Part shown: positions 39,231 to 52,182 of the stretch, in pieces
How positions within the stretch are numbered: position 1 is the stretch's first letter
Layout of the letters: each line of letters begins with the position of its first letter
DNA from: Octopus sinensis
Taxonomy: Eukaryota
Assembly: GCF_006345805.1 (NCBI RefSeq)
Contig: NC_043007.1
Location: forward strand, 26,412,001 to 26,476,000
Direction: 5' to 3'
Length of the DNA stretch: 64,000 nt
Notes under the pieces: model-generated
What the model saw: the letters and a program-made list of their open reading frames with translations, nothing else
The model's database searches: none
Told to the model about the DNA's origin: nothing
Position numbers and translations under genes: made by a program

Positions 39231-42200
39231 CACGGAAGATTGGCAAATAGCCACAGGGGGGAGAAGAAAAAGGGGAAAAAAAGAAAAGAAAAAATAACAA
39301 ACAAAGCGGGAAGATACACCACTCCCGAAACAAAAACATCCACAGAAAACACACACATCAACACAAACACACCATCATCAAACCCCCCAAAAATGTTGAC
39401 AGCCATAAACACAAACAACCACGACCTAATGGAACACATTAGGTCAAACACTAACATTACTGAAAACGACATAAAAACAAGTAACCACCCACACACAACA
39501 CCACCACAACACATTAAAATAATACACGTGACACAGAACACATACAGCACCCTGAAATCTCTTTACCCTGACGCAGTAGGGAGATTTCAAAAGTACTCAT
39601 CGAAAAAACTGTATAAAAGCCTCATAGAAGAAGACCGTGAGGTGAAAGACAAAGAACTTTCGAAAAACAAGTAACCTTTTCTCTCTCCTCTTCCTTTTTT
39701 GCACTTTTATCGGAACATGCTCAGAATAGGTAGTATAAATGTACGTGGCTTGGGGTCGCCTTGGAAACAAGGCTACCTGTTAAATGACATCAAGTCACTA
39801 AATCTGAATATCATAGCCATCAGTGAGACCAGACTCCACAGCTTGCGGGCACTCCAGCACATTTTCGGTACACATTTCAACATTTATTTTTCTCCGTGTC
39901 TACCGAGAATGGGCGGAGGTGGCACCGCGGTGCTTATCCGGAAGAGTCTGGATCTCAAAGTAAGAGCAAATTTCCTAGACCCGGAGGGTAGGCTGGTCGT
40001 TTTGGATGTCGATGGCAGCAATGAGTGTGCTTTTCGACTGATAGCAGTTTATGCTCCGTCCTTAACAGGCCGACCAGATTTCTTTCGACGTCTAGAGTCT
40101 TTCATGGGAACGTCTTCTGTAGGACAATAGATAAAAATAGTGTAGGTTGTCCACAATTTCATATAGTCAGTTACACAGATCACAAGTTTGTGACTTGTAC
40201 ACTTGACTTAGATAAGACACATAGGCAGGGTCCTGGTTACTGGAAACTGAACGCGTCTTTTACAGCACGACAGGTTTACAGGGACCGGATCAGCACATTA
40301 GTTAAGAGAGCTTTGACGGGTACCATCATCAACAACAGATGGTGGTATGCCCTAAAAAAAGCGATTAAAGCAGAATCAGTCAGATACAGCAGAGCCCTAG
40401 CATTAGACCGAAATAGAATAGAGGGAGAATTAGTTAAGGTTTTAGAAGAGGCACTTAGAACTGGCATCGCGTCCAACGTACTGGCGGCGAGATTGGCCCT
40501 CGACCAACACCTCACCGCCAAACACGAGGGATGCGTTGTCAGAGCTAGGATGCGTGCTCTGAGGAACGAAGGAGTTGGAGCCGCCCAAGAGGCCCGAGTG
40601 GTGGAGACGCAACGAGGCAACAGAGCCACCATCAAGTCTCTTATAGATGAACAGGGGCGCGAATTGCTCGAGCCTAAAAGGATGTGTGGGGTTTTTCAAC
40701 AACACTTCACCCAACTGTTGGGACAAGTGGTGAGTCAGAAAGCAGAGTGGACTTTAGTGCCTACCTGCATGCCTTGCCACGACTCTCAGCAAGGGAGGTG
40801 GAGTCTTGTGAAAAGCCTATACACAGCTGCGGACGTACAGGATGCGATGGTAGGCTGCGCGAGAGACAAGTCACCAGGCTTGGATGGTCTGCCCTACGAA
40901 TTTTATTTTCATATGCCAGACTTGTTTGGAGGCGTCTTGGCAGCTGTCTACTGCAACTGGCAGCAGAACGGGAGTATTCCTGCGTTTGTAAAGCGAGGAG
41001 CAGTGGCACTGATCAAGAAAGACCCAAACAAGGGGGACGTCATAGATAATTTCAGGCCCATCACTCTGCTCAACGCAGATTTGAAAATTTTGGCCAAGGT
41101 GTTAGCCGAGAGGTTGGCGCTTGTCATCAAGAAACTAATCGACAAGGCGCAAACATGCGCCGTGCCGGGTAGAAGTATTCATGACAACCTCCATCTGATG
41201 CGCTACATCATAGACAGGGTAGTTAAAAATCCTGGCATGGGTTGGGCGCTGATCAATTTGGATCAATCAAAAGCCTTCGATAGGGTAGACCATCACTACT
41301 TGAAGGCTGTCCTCAAAGCGGCTGGTTTCGGTCCAGTTTTCCGCGGTTGGATCGCTGCCTTATACAGCGTATCCGCTCAGTAGTTCGCGTAAATGGTCAT
41401 CTATCCAGACCTTTTAACATCATGCGTTCGGTTCGTCAGGATGCCCCCTCTCATCGCTGCTGTATGTACTGACTCTTGAGCCACTACTGCGAAACTGGCG
41501 ACGCTGAGGGGCATCCCACGAGAGCTGGGATGCGGGAGGAGCGTGTCTGCATACGCGGATGACGTCACCGTCATAGTGTCGAGCTACGAGCACATCGAGC
41601 TGGTCGGCGAGACACTGAAAGAATACGAAGCGGTAACGGGAGCAAAAATTAACCGGGAAAAGTCAGTGGGCTTGCGGCTCGGCACCTGGAAAGCAAGCCC
41701 ATGCCGTCCAACAGCGTCTCCATCGTGGGACGCTGGACGGACGGACCGGTTAAATTGCTCGGGGTCTGGTTCGGTCCGGACCTCCAAATGGAGAAGAACT
41801 GGGGCGAGATAACGACTAGGGTGGCTACTCTCACCCAGAAATGGACTGAGAGAAAGCTATCCTAAAGGTCGGGCGGAGGTGGCGAACGCGTACATCGCAT
41901 CCGTCATCGAGTATCGTCTGACCGTCGTGCCTTGTCCCGACCCTACCATCACCAAACTGGAACGCATACTCTTCCGCTTCTTGTGGAAAGGAAACGTTCC
42001 GATGGTTAGGCGATCCATTTGCTGCCAACACCCGCTAAATGGAGGGCTGGGCATGCCGTGGTTGATGATGCGCAGACATGCGCTGAGACTGCGACATCTC
42101 CGGCGCTTCATAGACAACGGTGAACAGGGGTGGTCGCCTTTTGTGCGGCGCGCTTTCCCGCAGCTCGTCTCCTTGGACGAACTACAGTCATGGATCAAGC

Positions 42201-43231
42201 AGAGACCGAGGCTAGGCGAATGGCACCGCGAGTGTCGCGTTGCTCTCAAGCAACTCTGCCGTCCGGGATCGAACTTGTGCGACTCCATCACAACAAAGGC
42301 ATTCTATAGAGGATTAGTGGAGGGGAGGTGCGACGACGAACTCGGGCAGAGTCTGGGCGTCGACGAGGAACACCTGACCCGCCTGTTCAGGACAACTTTC
42401 GGGCCGGGACTATGAACAATCACCAGAGATCCCTGGCCTGGCAGTGCTATCGAGAAGCATTACCTGTTCGGATAAGCTCTACAGACACGGTTCCAGACCA
42501 CTGGACCGACTTGCCCGAGATGCGGTCAGAGCGACGAAACCGTTCTGCACGCACTCGTGCAATGTCCAACCATTTCCGACCTGTGGGCTTATGCCGAACG
42601 GCTGCTGTCACGTGTGGGACGAATCCGCCTATCGGCCGAGTCTATCGTGAGAATTGCTCCGCCCCCTTCCCTCAACCGGGAAGGCAAGGCAGTTTTCATC
42701 GTACTGGTGGCCATGGTGAAAGAATGTGTGTGGTGGACTCGAGCGAAAGGATTAGAGACAAACACTTACCTCTCTGGCCAATCGCTCATCAACTTTTTCA
42801 AGTACCACTTGAAAAGGAAGGTGAGAATGGAGAGGGAAGTTTTGTCTCGCGAAAGATTCAAAAAAGATGGGTGAATGTTGCAAAGATGGTGCGTGCTAGT
42901 AACGAAACCATTTTGAGCATGATCCTGTAGATCGTAAAAAAGAAAGAAAGAGAGCATTTTTGACCTCATGTGTTTATTTCCTCCCTGACTGGGGTTCCCG
43001 TGGTCTTTTCTGTAGGCTTTTCTTCCCACGGATGAACCCAATCTTGTTATATCAATGTTTACACCATTATTTCTGTGATACACGATTTTCTTTTTTTTTC
43101 CTTTTTCCTCCTCTCGATCCCTTTTGATCGCAATCTTACATTTTTTATTTTTTTTTCCACCTCGAAAAGAAAAGCTCTGCATTTGTATTTGTCCCCTCTG
43201 TATTCAGCCCTGTGTGGCTAATAAAAGAAAG
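39231..43231 (+). mobile_element. Tx1-like (L1 clade) LINE, probably 5'-truncated, in (CTAT)n
   Basis: Putative ORF1 3' remnant (39240-39674), ORF2 with APE and RT, 3' UTR to 43230; (CTAT)n on both sides. Confidence 0.9.
39717..42930 (+). pseudogene. LINE ORF2 pseudogene (AP endonuclease, RT, C-terminal Cys/His motif)
   Basis: MLRIGSINVRGL..ISETR; SYTDHK; PGYWKLN; KSPGLDGLPYEFY; FRPITLLNADLKIL; LDQSKAFDRVDH; SVRQGCPLS; AYADDVTV; KINREKS; CPRCGQSDETVLHALVQC. Multiple frameshifts and an internal EN deletion. Confidence 0.92.
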
Positions 43232-43467
<236 letters not shown>

Positions 43468-43469
43468 AC

Positions 43470-43735
43470 ACTTTTAATCTTTTACTTGTTTCAGTCATTC
43501 GACTGTGGCTATGCTGGAGCACCACCTTTAATCGAGCAAATCAACCCCAGAACTTATTCTTTGTTAGCCTTGTACTTATTCTATCGGTCCCTTTCGCCGA
43601 ACCGCTAAGTAATGGGGACGTAAACACACCAGCATCGGTTGTCAAGCGATGTTGGGTGGACAAACACAGACACACAAACATATATACAGACACACACACA
43701 CGCACACACACGCACATACACACACACACACATTT
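43470..43735 (-). mobile_element. Family C SINE tail half
   Basis: Reverse complement of the 4150-4345 type tail. Confidence 0.8.
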
Positions 43736-43739
43736 ATGC

Positions 43740-43990
43740 CCCCTTTTCTAGCCTAGCCAGGCTCATGGGCCCGGTTTCCCGGTTTCTATGGCTTATGTGT
43801 TCCCCCCAGCTGGACGGGACGCCAGTCCATCGCAGCGTTACTCAAGAAACAGGAAGAAAGAGTGAGAGAAAGTTGGGGCGAAGGAGTACGACAGGGGTCG
43901 GCCTCCCCCTTGCAGGAGCCTCGTGGTGTTTTCGCTCAATAGACACAACGCTAGTCTGCTGCCCTAACCACTGGGCCATTGCGCCCAGTG
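43740..43990 (-). mobile_element. Family B SINE variant
   Basis: Minus-strand head GGCGCAATGGCCCAGTGGTTAGGGCAGC; tail GTAACGCTGCGATGGACTGGCGTCCCGTCCAGCTGGGG..ATGAGCCTGGCTAGGC shared with 62953-63195. Confidence 0.75.
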
Positions 43991-44882
43991 GTTAGGTCAC
44001 AATGATACCATTTAAAATAGACGGTAATATTAACCATCAGAGGTCGATAAAATACTAAATACCAGATATATACTAGACACTATGCATCGACTGTAGACTC
44101 GCAAACAAATATCGTTTTTTCGCGCCAAAGCAAACAATACAATCCTTATTTTTGTTATCCTTTTGCTTTATTACGTTTTTGTTGTTTTTTGTCTGCATTA
44201 AGAACATTGTAGAATATTATAAGTGAGAACGTCTACAGCATGGTTGGGTATCATCGAACTGTAAAATTCCCAAAGTAAAATTCCTCGAAGGACCCTGAAT
44301 TTAGCGGGTAGGAACTGATATTGGAAAGATAAAGAATCTAACTATGTCACTTTTACTTGCTTCACGCATTCTTTCCATTTTGAATTTATAGCTTCATTCC
44401 CGTTTAAGGAGCAGTTAGTGTCAGTTACTCCGTCAAGATCACACTGAAACAAAACACTTCCAATCTTAGGCAATTTATTCACTTAGCTTCAACAACATTA
44501 CATAAGGTTTCTTCAAGTAACCTGAGACGTAGTCATTACAGTCATCAATTTGCTAAACAAACTGAACAATATTTATATTTAGACGACACCAGCCATTTTA
44601 CGATCTTAAATATTTACTTTTGACAGAACAAGGCAGAATAGCTAACGGGTTTACTTAGCAATCATGAAATCAGAATTACAAATGTTCAGTGTAGCATCTT
44701 ATGCAGTGGCTTTCGTCATAGCCTCGGGTCGATATAAGGTTTGAGAGTAAAACTGGTCTTAAAGAAATTGCAGGAATGTCCTTCAAAAAGCGAACTTTGG
44801 CGTACGTTACGCCATGTTAATTCCGACTGAGAACTACATGATGGCGACAGTGTAGTGTGTTTTTTCAGTATTTATATTTTGT

Positions 44883-45154
44883 ACTAGCAGTATCGCCCGG
44901 CGTTGCTCGGGTTTGTAAGGGAAATAACTATATAAGCATTTTTAGAGAGTTACTTCCCTTATATAAAACCGAGCGAAAAATGGATTAAAAATGGGGGAAA
45001 ATGATGGTAATTTTTTTTTAAAATCGTACACTCATTGTAGACGCGCGCTTAATACCCAGAAGGGCTCGATATGAATCGCAAAATGTGGGAGTAGTTAGGA
45101 ATCTAAATCGGAGTAGACAGACACACACACAACTATAGTTTTATATATATAGAT
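44883..45154 (+). mobile_element. Non-autonomous Helitron-like element
   Basis: ACTAGCAGTATCGCCCGGCGTTGCTCGGG...TTTTATATATATAGAT; homologous to 22110-22496. Confidence 0.7.
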
Positions 45155-45489
45155 ATGCTACAGTTAAGTGTTGAGTAAATTTTACATTCCTTAACATTGG
45201 TGGAGTACATTCACCAGGTCTAACAAACTAGCAAGCTCGCTTGCTGTGCTGCGCTGCGGAAACATGTATAGAAGTGATTTGTTTCTGGCAGATCTGAAAA
45301 TGGTGTGAGAAAATCAGAAAAAAATTTGCAACGTTCAGACCTATGCGTGTGGTTTGTCAAATGTCTCTCAGCAACGCGAAATGCAAGCTCTCAGTAAGAA
45401 AATTAACATCACAGTGTTGCTACGTGTATTGTGTGGTTACATCCAAAGCAGTCCAATGCTTCTGTATGTCTATACTTTGAATTTACAGA

Positions 45490-45620
45490 CAAGAAAAGAC
45501 AAAGACAGGTATAGGAACAACAAGCAGGGGTATTAGTTTAACGCTCGGGAAGAATGGTAAAGTCTATTATGTTTCGAGCCTACGCTCTCCGACAGAAATG
45601 ACTAAGAGGGAAATAACGGG
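45490..45620 (-). mobile_element. Interspersed repeat carrying a hammerhead-like motif
   Basis: Homologous to 59157-59312. Minus-strand TTT-CTGTCGG-A-GAGC-GTAG-GCTC-GAAAC-ATA at ~45566-45598. Confidence 0.5.
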
Positions 45621-45780
45621 TTATATATAGTTATAGGTGTGTGTGTAACAAATAAATAATAGAAAATAAATAACATATGGCGGTTGATGTACTAGAAATA
45701 ATATAACCAAGAAGAGACAATATAAGAAGTAATATATTACATATGTAAAGGGCGACGAGCAAGCATAATTATAAATATAC

Positions 45781-48147
45781 TGAGAAAAATTATTAGAGGT
45801 ATTTCGTCTATCTTTACATTCTGATTTCAAATTGCTTCGAAGCCCACTTCGCATTTTCATTCTTTCGGGATTGATAAAATATATATCAGTGGGTTAGGGC
45901 TAGGGTTAGAGTTAGGGTTAGGGTTAGAATTAGGGTTAGAATTAGGGTTAGGGTTAGGCTTAGGGTTAAGGTTAGGGTTAGAATTAGGGTTAGAATTAGG
46001 GTTAGGGTTAGGCTTAGGGTTAGGCTTAGGGTTAGGGTTAGGGTTAGGCTAGAGTTAGAGTTAGGGTTAGGGTTAGGGTTAAGGTTAGGGTTAGGGTTAG
46101 GTTTAGGGTTAGGATTAGGGTTAGAGTTAGGGTTAGAGTTAGAGTTAGAGTTAGGGTTAGGGTCAGGGATAGGGTTAGGGTTAGGGTTAGAGTTAGGGTT
46201 ATGGTTAGGGTTAGGGTTAGAGTTAGAGTGAGGGTTAGGGTTTGAGTTAGGGTTAGGGTTAGGGTTGGGGTTAGGGTTAGGGGTAGGGTTAGGCTTGGGG
46301 TTAGGGTTAGGTTTACGGTAAGGGTTAGGTATGGGATAGGGTTAGAGTCAGAGTCAGGGTTAGGGTCAGGGTTAGTGTAAGGGTTAAGTTTGGGGTTAGG
46401 TTTAGAGTTAGAGTTAGGGTTAGGGTTAGAGTTAGGTGTTAGCGTTAGGGTTAGGGTTAGAGTTAGGGTTCGGGTTTGGGTTAGGGTTAGGGTTAGAGTT
46501 AGGGTTAGGGTTAGGGTTAGGATTAGGGTTAGAGTTAGGGTTAGGGTTAGAGTTAGGGTTAGGGTTAGAGTTAGGGTTAGAGTTAGGGTTAGGGTTAGAG
46601 TTAGGGATAGGGTTAGATTTAGGGTTAAGGTTAGGGTTACGGTTAGGGTTAGAGTTAGAGTTAGGGTTAGGGTTAGGATTAGGTTTAGGGTTAGGGTTAG
46701 GGTTAGGGTTAGAGTTAGGGTTAGGTTTAGAGTTAGGGTTAGGATTAGGGTTAGGGTTACTGTTAGGGTTAGGGTTAGGGTTAGGGTTAGGGTTACGGTT
46801 AGTGTTAGGGTTGGATTTAGGGTTAGATTTAGGGTTAGATTTAGGGTTGGGATTAGAGTTAGGGTTAGGGTTAGGGTTAGGTTTAGGTTTAGGGTTAGGT
46901 TTACGTTCAGGGTTAGGGTAAGGGTGAGGGTTAGGGTTAGGGTTAGAGTAAGTTTTAGGGTTATGGTTTGTGTGAGGGTTATGGTAAATGATAGGTTTAG
47001 GGTTAGAGTTAGGGTTAGAGTTAGGGATGGAGTTAGGTTTAGGATTGGGGTTAGGTTAGGGTTAGGGTTTGTGTTAGGGATCAGGTTAGGGTTAAGGTAA
47101 GGGTTAGGTTTAGGGTTAGGGTTAAGGTTTAGAGTTAGAGTTAGGGTTAGGGTTAGGGATAGGATGAGGTTTAGGGTTAGTGTTAGGGATAGGGTTAGGG
47201 TTAGGGTTATGGTTAAGGATAGAGTTAGGGTTTAGGGTTGAGGTTAGGGTTAACTTTAGGGTTAGGGTTTAATATTTTGGGTTAGGTTTAGGTTTAGGGT
47301 TAGGATTTTGGGTTGGCTTAGGGTTAGGGTTAGTGTTAGGTTTAGGCTCAGGGTTAGGTTTAGGGTTGGGGTTAGTGTTTGGTTTAGGGTTAGTGTTAGG
47401 GTTAGGGCCAGGGTTACGGTTTGTGTTAATGTTAGGGTTATAGTTAGGGTAAGGGTTAGGGTTTGTGTTAGGGTTAGGGTTAGGGTTAGGGTTAGGGCTA
47501 GGGTTAGGTTTAGTGTTAGGTCTAGGGTTAGTGTTAGGGTTAGGTTTAGGGTCAGGGTTAGTGTTACGGTTAGGTTTAGGGTTAGGGTTAGGTTTAGGTT
47601 TAGGTTTAGGGTTAGGGTTAGGGTTTAGTATTAGGGTTAGGTTTAGGGTTAGGGTTAGGTTTCGGGCTAGGTTTAACGTAGGTTAGGTTTAAGGTTAGGT
47701 TTAGATTTAGGGTTAGTTTTAGGGTTAGGGTTAGAGTTAGGGTCAGGCTTAGGGTTAGGGTTATGGTTAGGGTTAAGTTTAGGATTAGTGTTAGGGATAG
47801 GGCTTAGGGTTTAGGGTTTGGGTTAGCATTTGGGTTATGTTTAGTGTTCAGTTTAGGTTTAGTGTTGGGATTAGGTTTATGTTTAGGGTTAGGGATTTGG
47901 GTTAAGGTTAGGGTTACTGTTAATGTTAGGGTTAGTGTTAGGGTTAGGGTTAATTGTAGGGTTTGGTTTAGATTTAGTTTTAGGGTCAGGATTAGTGTTA
48001 GACTTAGGGTTAGGTTTAGGTTTAGGGTCAGGTTAGGGTTAGGGTTAGGGTTAGTTTTAGGGTTAGTGTTAGGGTTAGGGTCGATGTAATTGTCTTAACC
48101 TGTCCTTCAAAATCACTGGCCTTGTGCAAAAAATGAGAAACCAATAT
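45781..48147 (+). mobile_element. Old SINE split by the telomeric array (5' half 45781-45890; 3' half ~48078-48147)
   Basis: Left: GGTATTTCGTCTATCTTTACATTCTGATTTCAAATT..TTTCATTCTTTCGGGATTGATAAAATATATATCAGT. Right: GGGTCGATGTAATTGTCTTAACC..AAAATCACTGGCCTTGTGC..GAAACCAATAT. Collinear with intact copies such as 30530-30695. Confidence 0.75.
45891..48080 (+). repeat. Interstitial telomeric (TTAGGG)n array, ~2.19 kb, degenerate
   Basis: About 365 hexamer-equivalents, all G-strand on plus; variants TTAGAG, TTAGGT, TTAGTG, TCAGGG. Confidence 0.97.
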
Positions 48148-48730
48148 GTTATATATTTACTTAATCACTTTTTAAGACGAATGGCTCACAGAAAGCATGC
48201 TTGGCCATGACTCAGAAATCTGTGGGTCGTGTTTCTAAAACTTCGAATGTTATATTTCTAGAATATCTATGACCCAAACATGCTGGTTGGATTCATCATC
48301 AAGGCATTGCTTCGACTGTTTATACTTCTTTAATATTTTATTTGAAGATAGTGTATTATATGCCGTTCAATTTCAAATCCTATTTGCATTCTTTTATATA
48401 ATATTTTTTAGATATCTTTACCTTGAATCTGCGTTATCTACATATATAACAGCCCCACACAAACACACAGACAGACGCGCATACACACACACATACACAT
48501 ATATATGTGCATATATGCACATATATACAATGGGGGTTCCAGCATGGCTGCAGCCACATGGTTGTAGTATGTAAAAGAATACATACACACATACATTTTT
48601 ATACAAGTACACACACCTACACCATCTCTTACCTCCTTATATCATATATATATATATATATATATATAATATAATATAATATATATATAATATAATATAA
48701 TATAATATAATATAATATAATATAATATAT

Positions 48731-49020
48731 GGAGGCGCAATGGCTCAATGGTTAGGGCAGCGGACTCGCGGTCATAGGATCGCCGTTTCGATTCCCAGAC
48801 CGGGCGTTGTGAGTGTTTATTGAGCGAACACACCTAAAGCCCCACGAGGCTCCGGCAGGGGGTGGTGGTGATCCCTGCTGTACTCTTTCGTCACAACTTT
48901 TTCTGTTGGCCTGCTCGCTTAGCCAGCGGGGTGGCGTCATTTGAAGGCTAAAACAATGCGAAGCGCATTGTGACCAGCGATGTGTAGCAACATCTGATAG
49001 CCTGGTCGGTCACGGTGATA
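48731..49020 (+). mobile_element. Family B SINE with tail ending TGGTCGGTCACG(G)TGAT
   Basis: tRNA-like head as at 3730; tail is the reverse complement of 31909-32026. Confidence 0.85.
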
Positions 49021-49061
<41 letters not shown>

Positions 49062-49480
49062 TTGGGGCTCCAGCATGGCTGCAATCACATAGTTGCAGCA
49101 TGTAAAAGAATACATAGATACATACATACATATATACATACATACATACATACATACATTGTTATACAAGTACGCACACATACACAGTCTCTCAAATCCT
49201 TATAAGATATAATATATAATATATATCTATATACACATATATATATATATATGTCTGTGTGTGTGTGCATGTATAGTTATATATATGTATGTATGTATGT
49301 ATGTACGTAAAGCGACTGAACATTTATGGTTTATTATTTTTTATTATTCAGCGAGATATTATTAATGGCACCTGGAGAGATTAATAGGTGGAAGTGAAAA
49401 AAGATTAATGGCGGAAACATGATATGTTCATGTGTCTCTTAAGTGTTGTCTTTGTTCCAGTATGTTCTGCTCTTGATTTA

Positions 49481-49512
<32 letters not shown>

Positions 49513-49658
49513 TATATATATGTATGTATATATATGTACCATGCACTCCTGCACACAAATGCACAGACACACACACACACACACTCTCATACACACTTTC
49601 ATAATACGCACTCACACTTACATAACATATATACATATAACCAACACACAAACACACC

Positions 49659-49693
<35 letters not shown>

Positions 49694-49962
49694 GGGTGTG
49701 TATATGTGAGTGCTTTAATGACACCTAACAAGCATACACTTATATATGTATGCAGGGTGTTTTTATTTCTACCGATTTCTCTCTCTCTCTCTCTCTCTTT
49801 CGCTGTCTTTCTTCCCCTCTCTCTCTCTCTCTGCAGGTATATATATATTATATATATGAGCGTATGTATATATGCACACATACACACACATATATACATA
49901 CATATATTTATATACATACATATATAAACATATATATATATACATACATATATATATACATA

Positions 49963-50032
<70 letters not shown>

Positions 50033-52036
50033 GTATATATCTCTTTCTCTCATACACAAACACACACGCACACACACACATACACGCAGACACTGAAAAT
50101 TATATAAATTTCTCCCCATCATGTAATGTCAACTACTTCGAGTTTTCATTTTTTTTTTTTTCTGGTTTTTATAAATTGTAGAGAATTATTTTGGCTGACT
50201 GCTTCAATATTTCTTTGCTTGTTTGCAAAATTTATGTTTCTATGTATTTCTGGTAAGCCTTGTTTACGTAATTTATCCCGAAACACTTCGAAGCTATTTC
50301 ACAGATTTTACCACATTTTAAACGATTCCAAGTGCGATATACGTTACGTTTCTGAATTTCCGCTACATTAAGGTCCCTTAGATACATAAGCATACAGAAA
50401 AAATGTCAATAGCATAGAAAACGAACGATGCTTTTGTTTTTTGTTCATTCTTGTTTTCTTCTATATTGCCTGGGGTATTTTGAATAAACACACTGATTTC
50501 TTCTATAGGTATGGGTATGTTTTTCTTTCCCCTATTACATTTTCGTTTGACTTGTTATTATCGCTCTGGTATAAATCACCTTACGTAATATAATAACTTG
50601 CGTTTCGGTGGTATTTTAAATTTTATAGTTGTGGAGACAACCTTGGCAGATGAAAAAAAAAAAAAAACGAAAAGTAAAATGGAAAAACGAATCACAGTTT
50701 AAACTATGTAATCTTTTTGCTATCTTTATTTCTTAGATATTTTCTTTAAATGATTTTCTGAAAGACAAATATATTCCTCCTTACAGAAAAAAAACCCCAT
50801 AAAAATAAAAGAAAAACGAACTACGACAATATGATTTGTAATGGAAATAATTTGTACAAGAAATAATTTGTACACAAACTCCTAACAGGTTATTTTTTTA
50901 TCGAAACTACATTATAATTACATAATTGCTTGTAGTATATACATAATATCCTCAATTTAAAATATAGGATTTCTTTTCTTGCTTTATTTATATTATTTGT
51001 CGTTCTATATAGCTTTATTTATTGTGCCTGTGTTTAATGGTTCGTTTCCTGAAGTCTCCTTCCTTTGTCAACGTCAAATTGTTTGATATTAGACTTTAAC
51101 ATTTGAAAAAACAAATTACACAGAGCGATTAAGGTTACCAATAAAAGAAAAAAGAAAGATACTTACGAAACGCTATAAAATGAAATTAGATATGATTTCT
51201 TTGATTTTTTTAGAAAGAAAAGAGTTCGTTTGACACTTTTGTCTCGCTAGAAGGTTACATCACTACTTAAGAAAGTTGACAGCTAACAGAAGAAGAAATG
51301 GTTACAATATAAATGTTAAAGTATGTGTCACAGACGACATGTCTGTTGAACTGGCCCCAATTTTCGTGTACTACACGTAATCATATTACTAAACATTCAG
51401 ATCATAACTGCTAAAAATAACAGCCGACCTTGTTTCAAACAAAATAATGACAATAAAAATAAAATAAACACGACACAGACAATACTATTTTATCTGAAGA
51501 AAGCAAGGGAGTAAAATACTTCATTTAATATATATATTTTTTTTAATAACTTGAGTCGCCTAGGGAATGGTATTTTTACTTATCTGCTCTTGTAGCTAAG
51601 TTCTACAGTTGTAAATTTTTCCCATTTATAACATGATACGAAAATAAAATTTTGTCATCGGTGTTAGTGGCTATCGTATTACCGATATTGAAGTATTATT
51701 TTAAAACTGACACGATGGCGTATATTGACCTTGATGTTTTGAAATGTTCGAGATTTACAGACAGACGCATACACACATACGTTCATGTACAAACGCACAC
51801 AGACACAAAGGTTAAAGTATGTATACGTATGTGTGCATACATACACACACATACATATACCTATGTATATATATATATATATATATCTATACATAGATAC
51901 ATACATATATAATATATGTATGTATTTATATATATGCATATATATACATACATGTACATATATATGTATATATATATATATAATATATATAATATATATA
52001 TATATATACATACATACATATATATGTATGTATATA

Positions 52037-52079
<43 letters not shown>

Positions 52080-52093
52080 CACACACATATATG

Positions 52094-52124
<31 letters not shown>

Positions 52125-52130
52125 CACATA

Positions 52131-52161
<31 letters not shown>

Positions 52162-52182
52162 GTATATATATGGGTACAGGAC

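Noticed and set aside
45891-48080. True chromosome end or telomere-telomere fusion
   Set aside because: The array is internal, in one orientation only, and its flanks are the two halves of one SINE.
46390-48089. Long ORFs (RV/LG repeats, up to 236 aa)
   Set aside because: They are translations of (TTAGGG)n.
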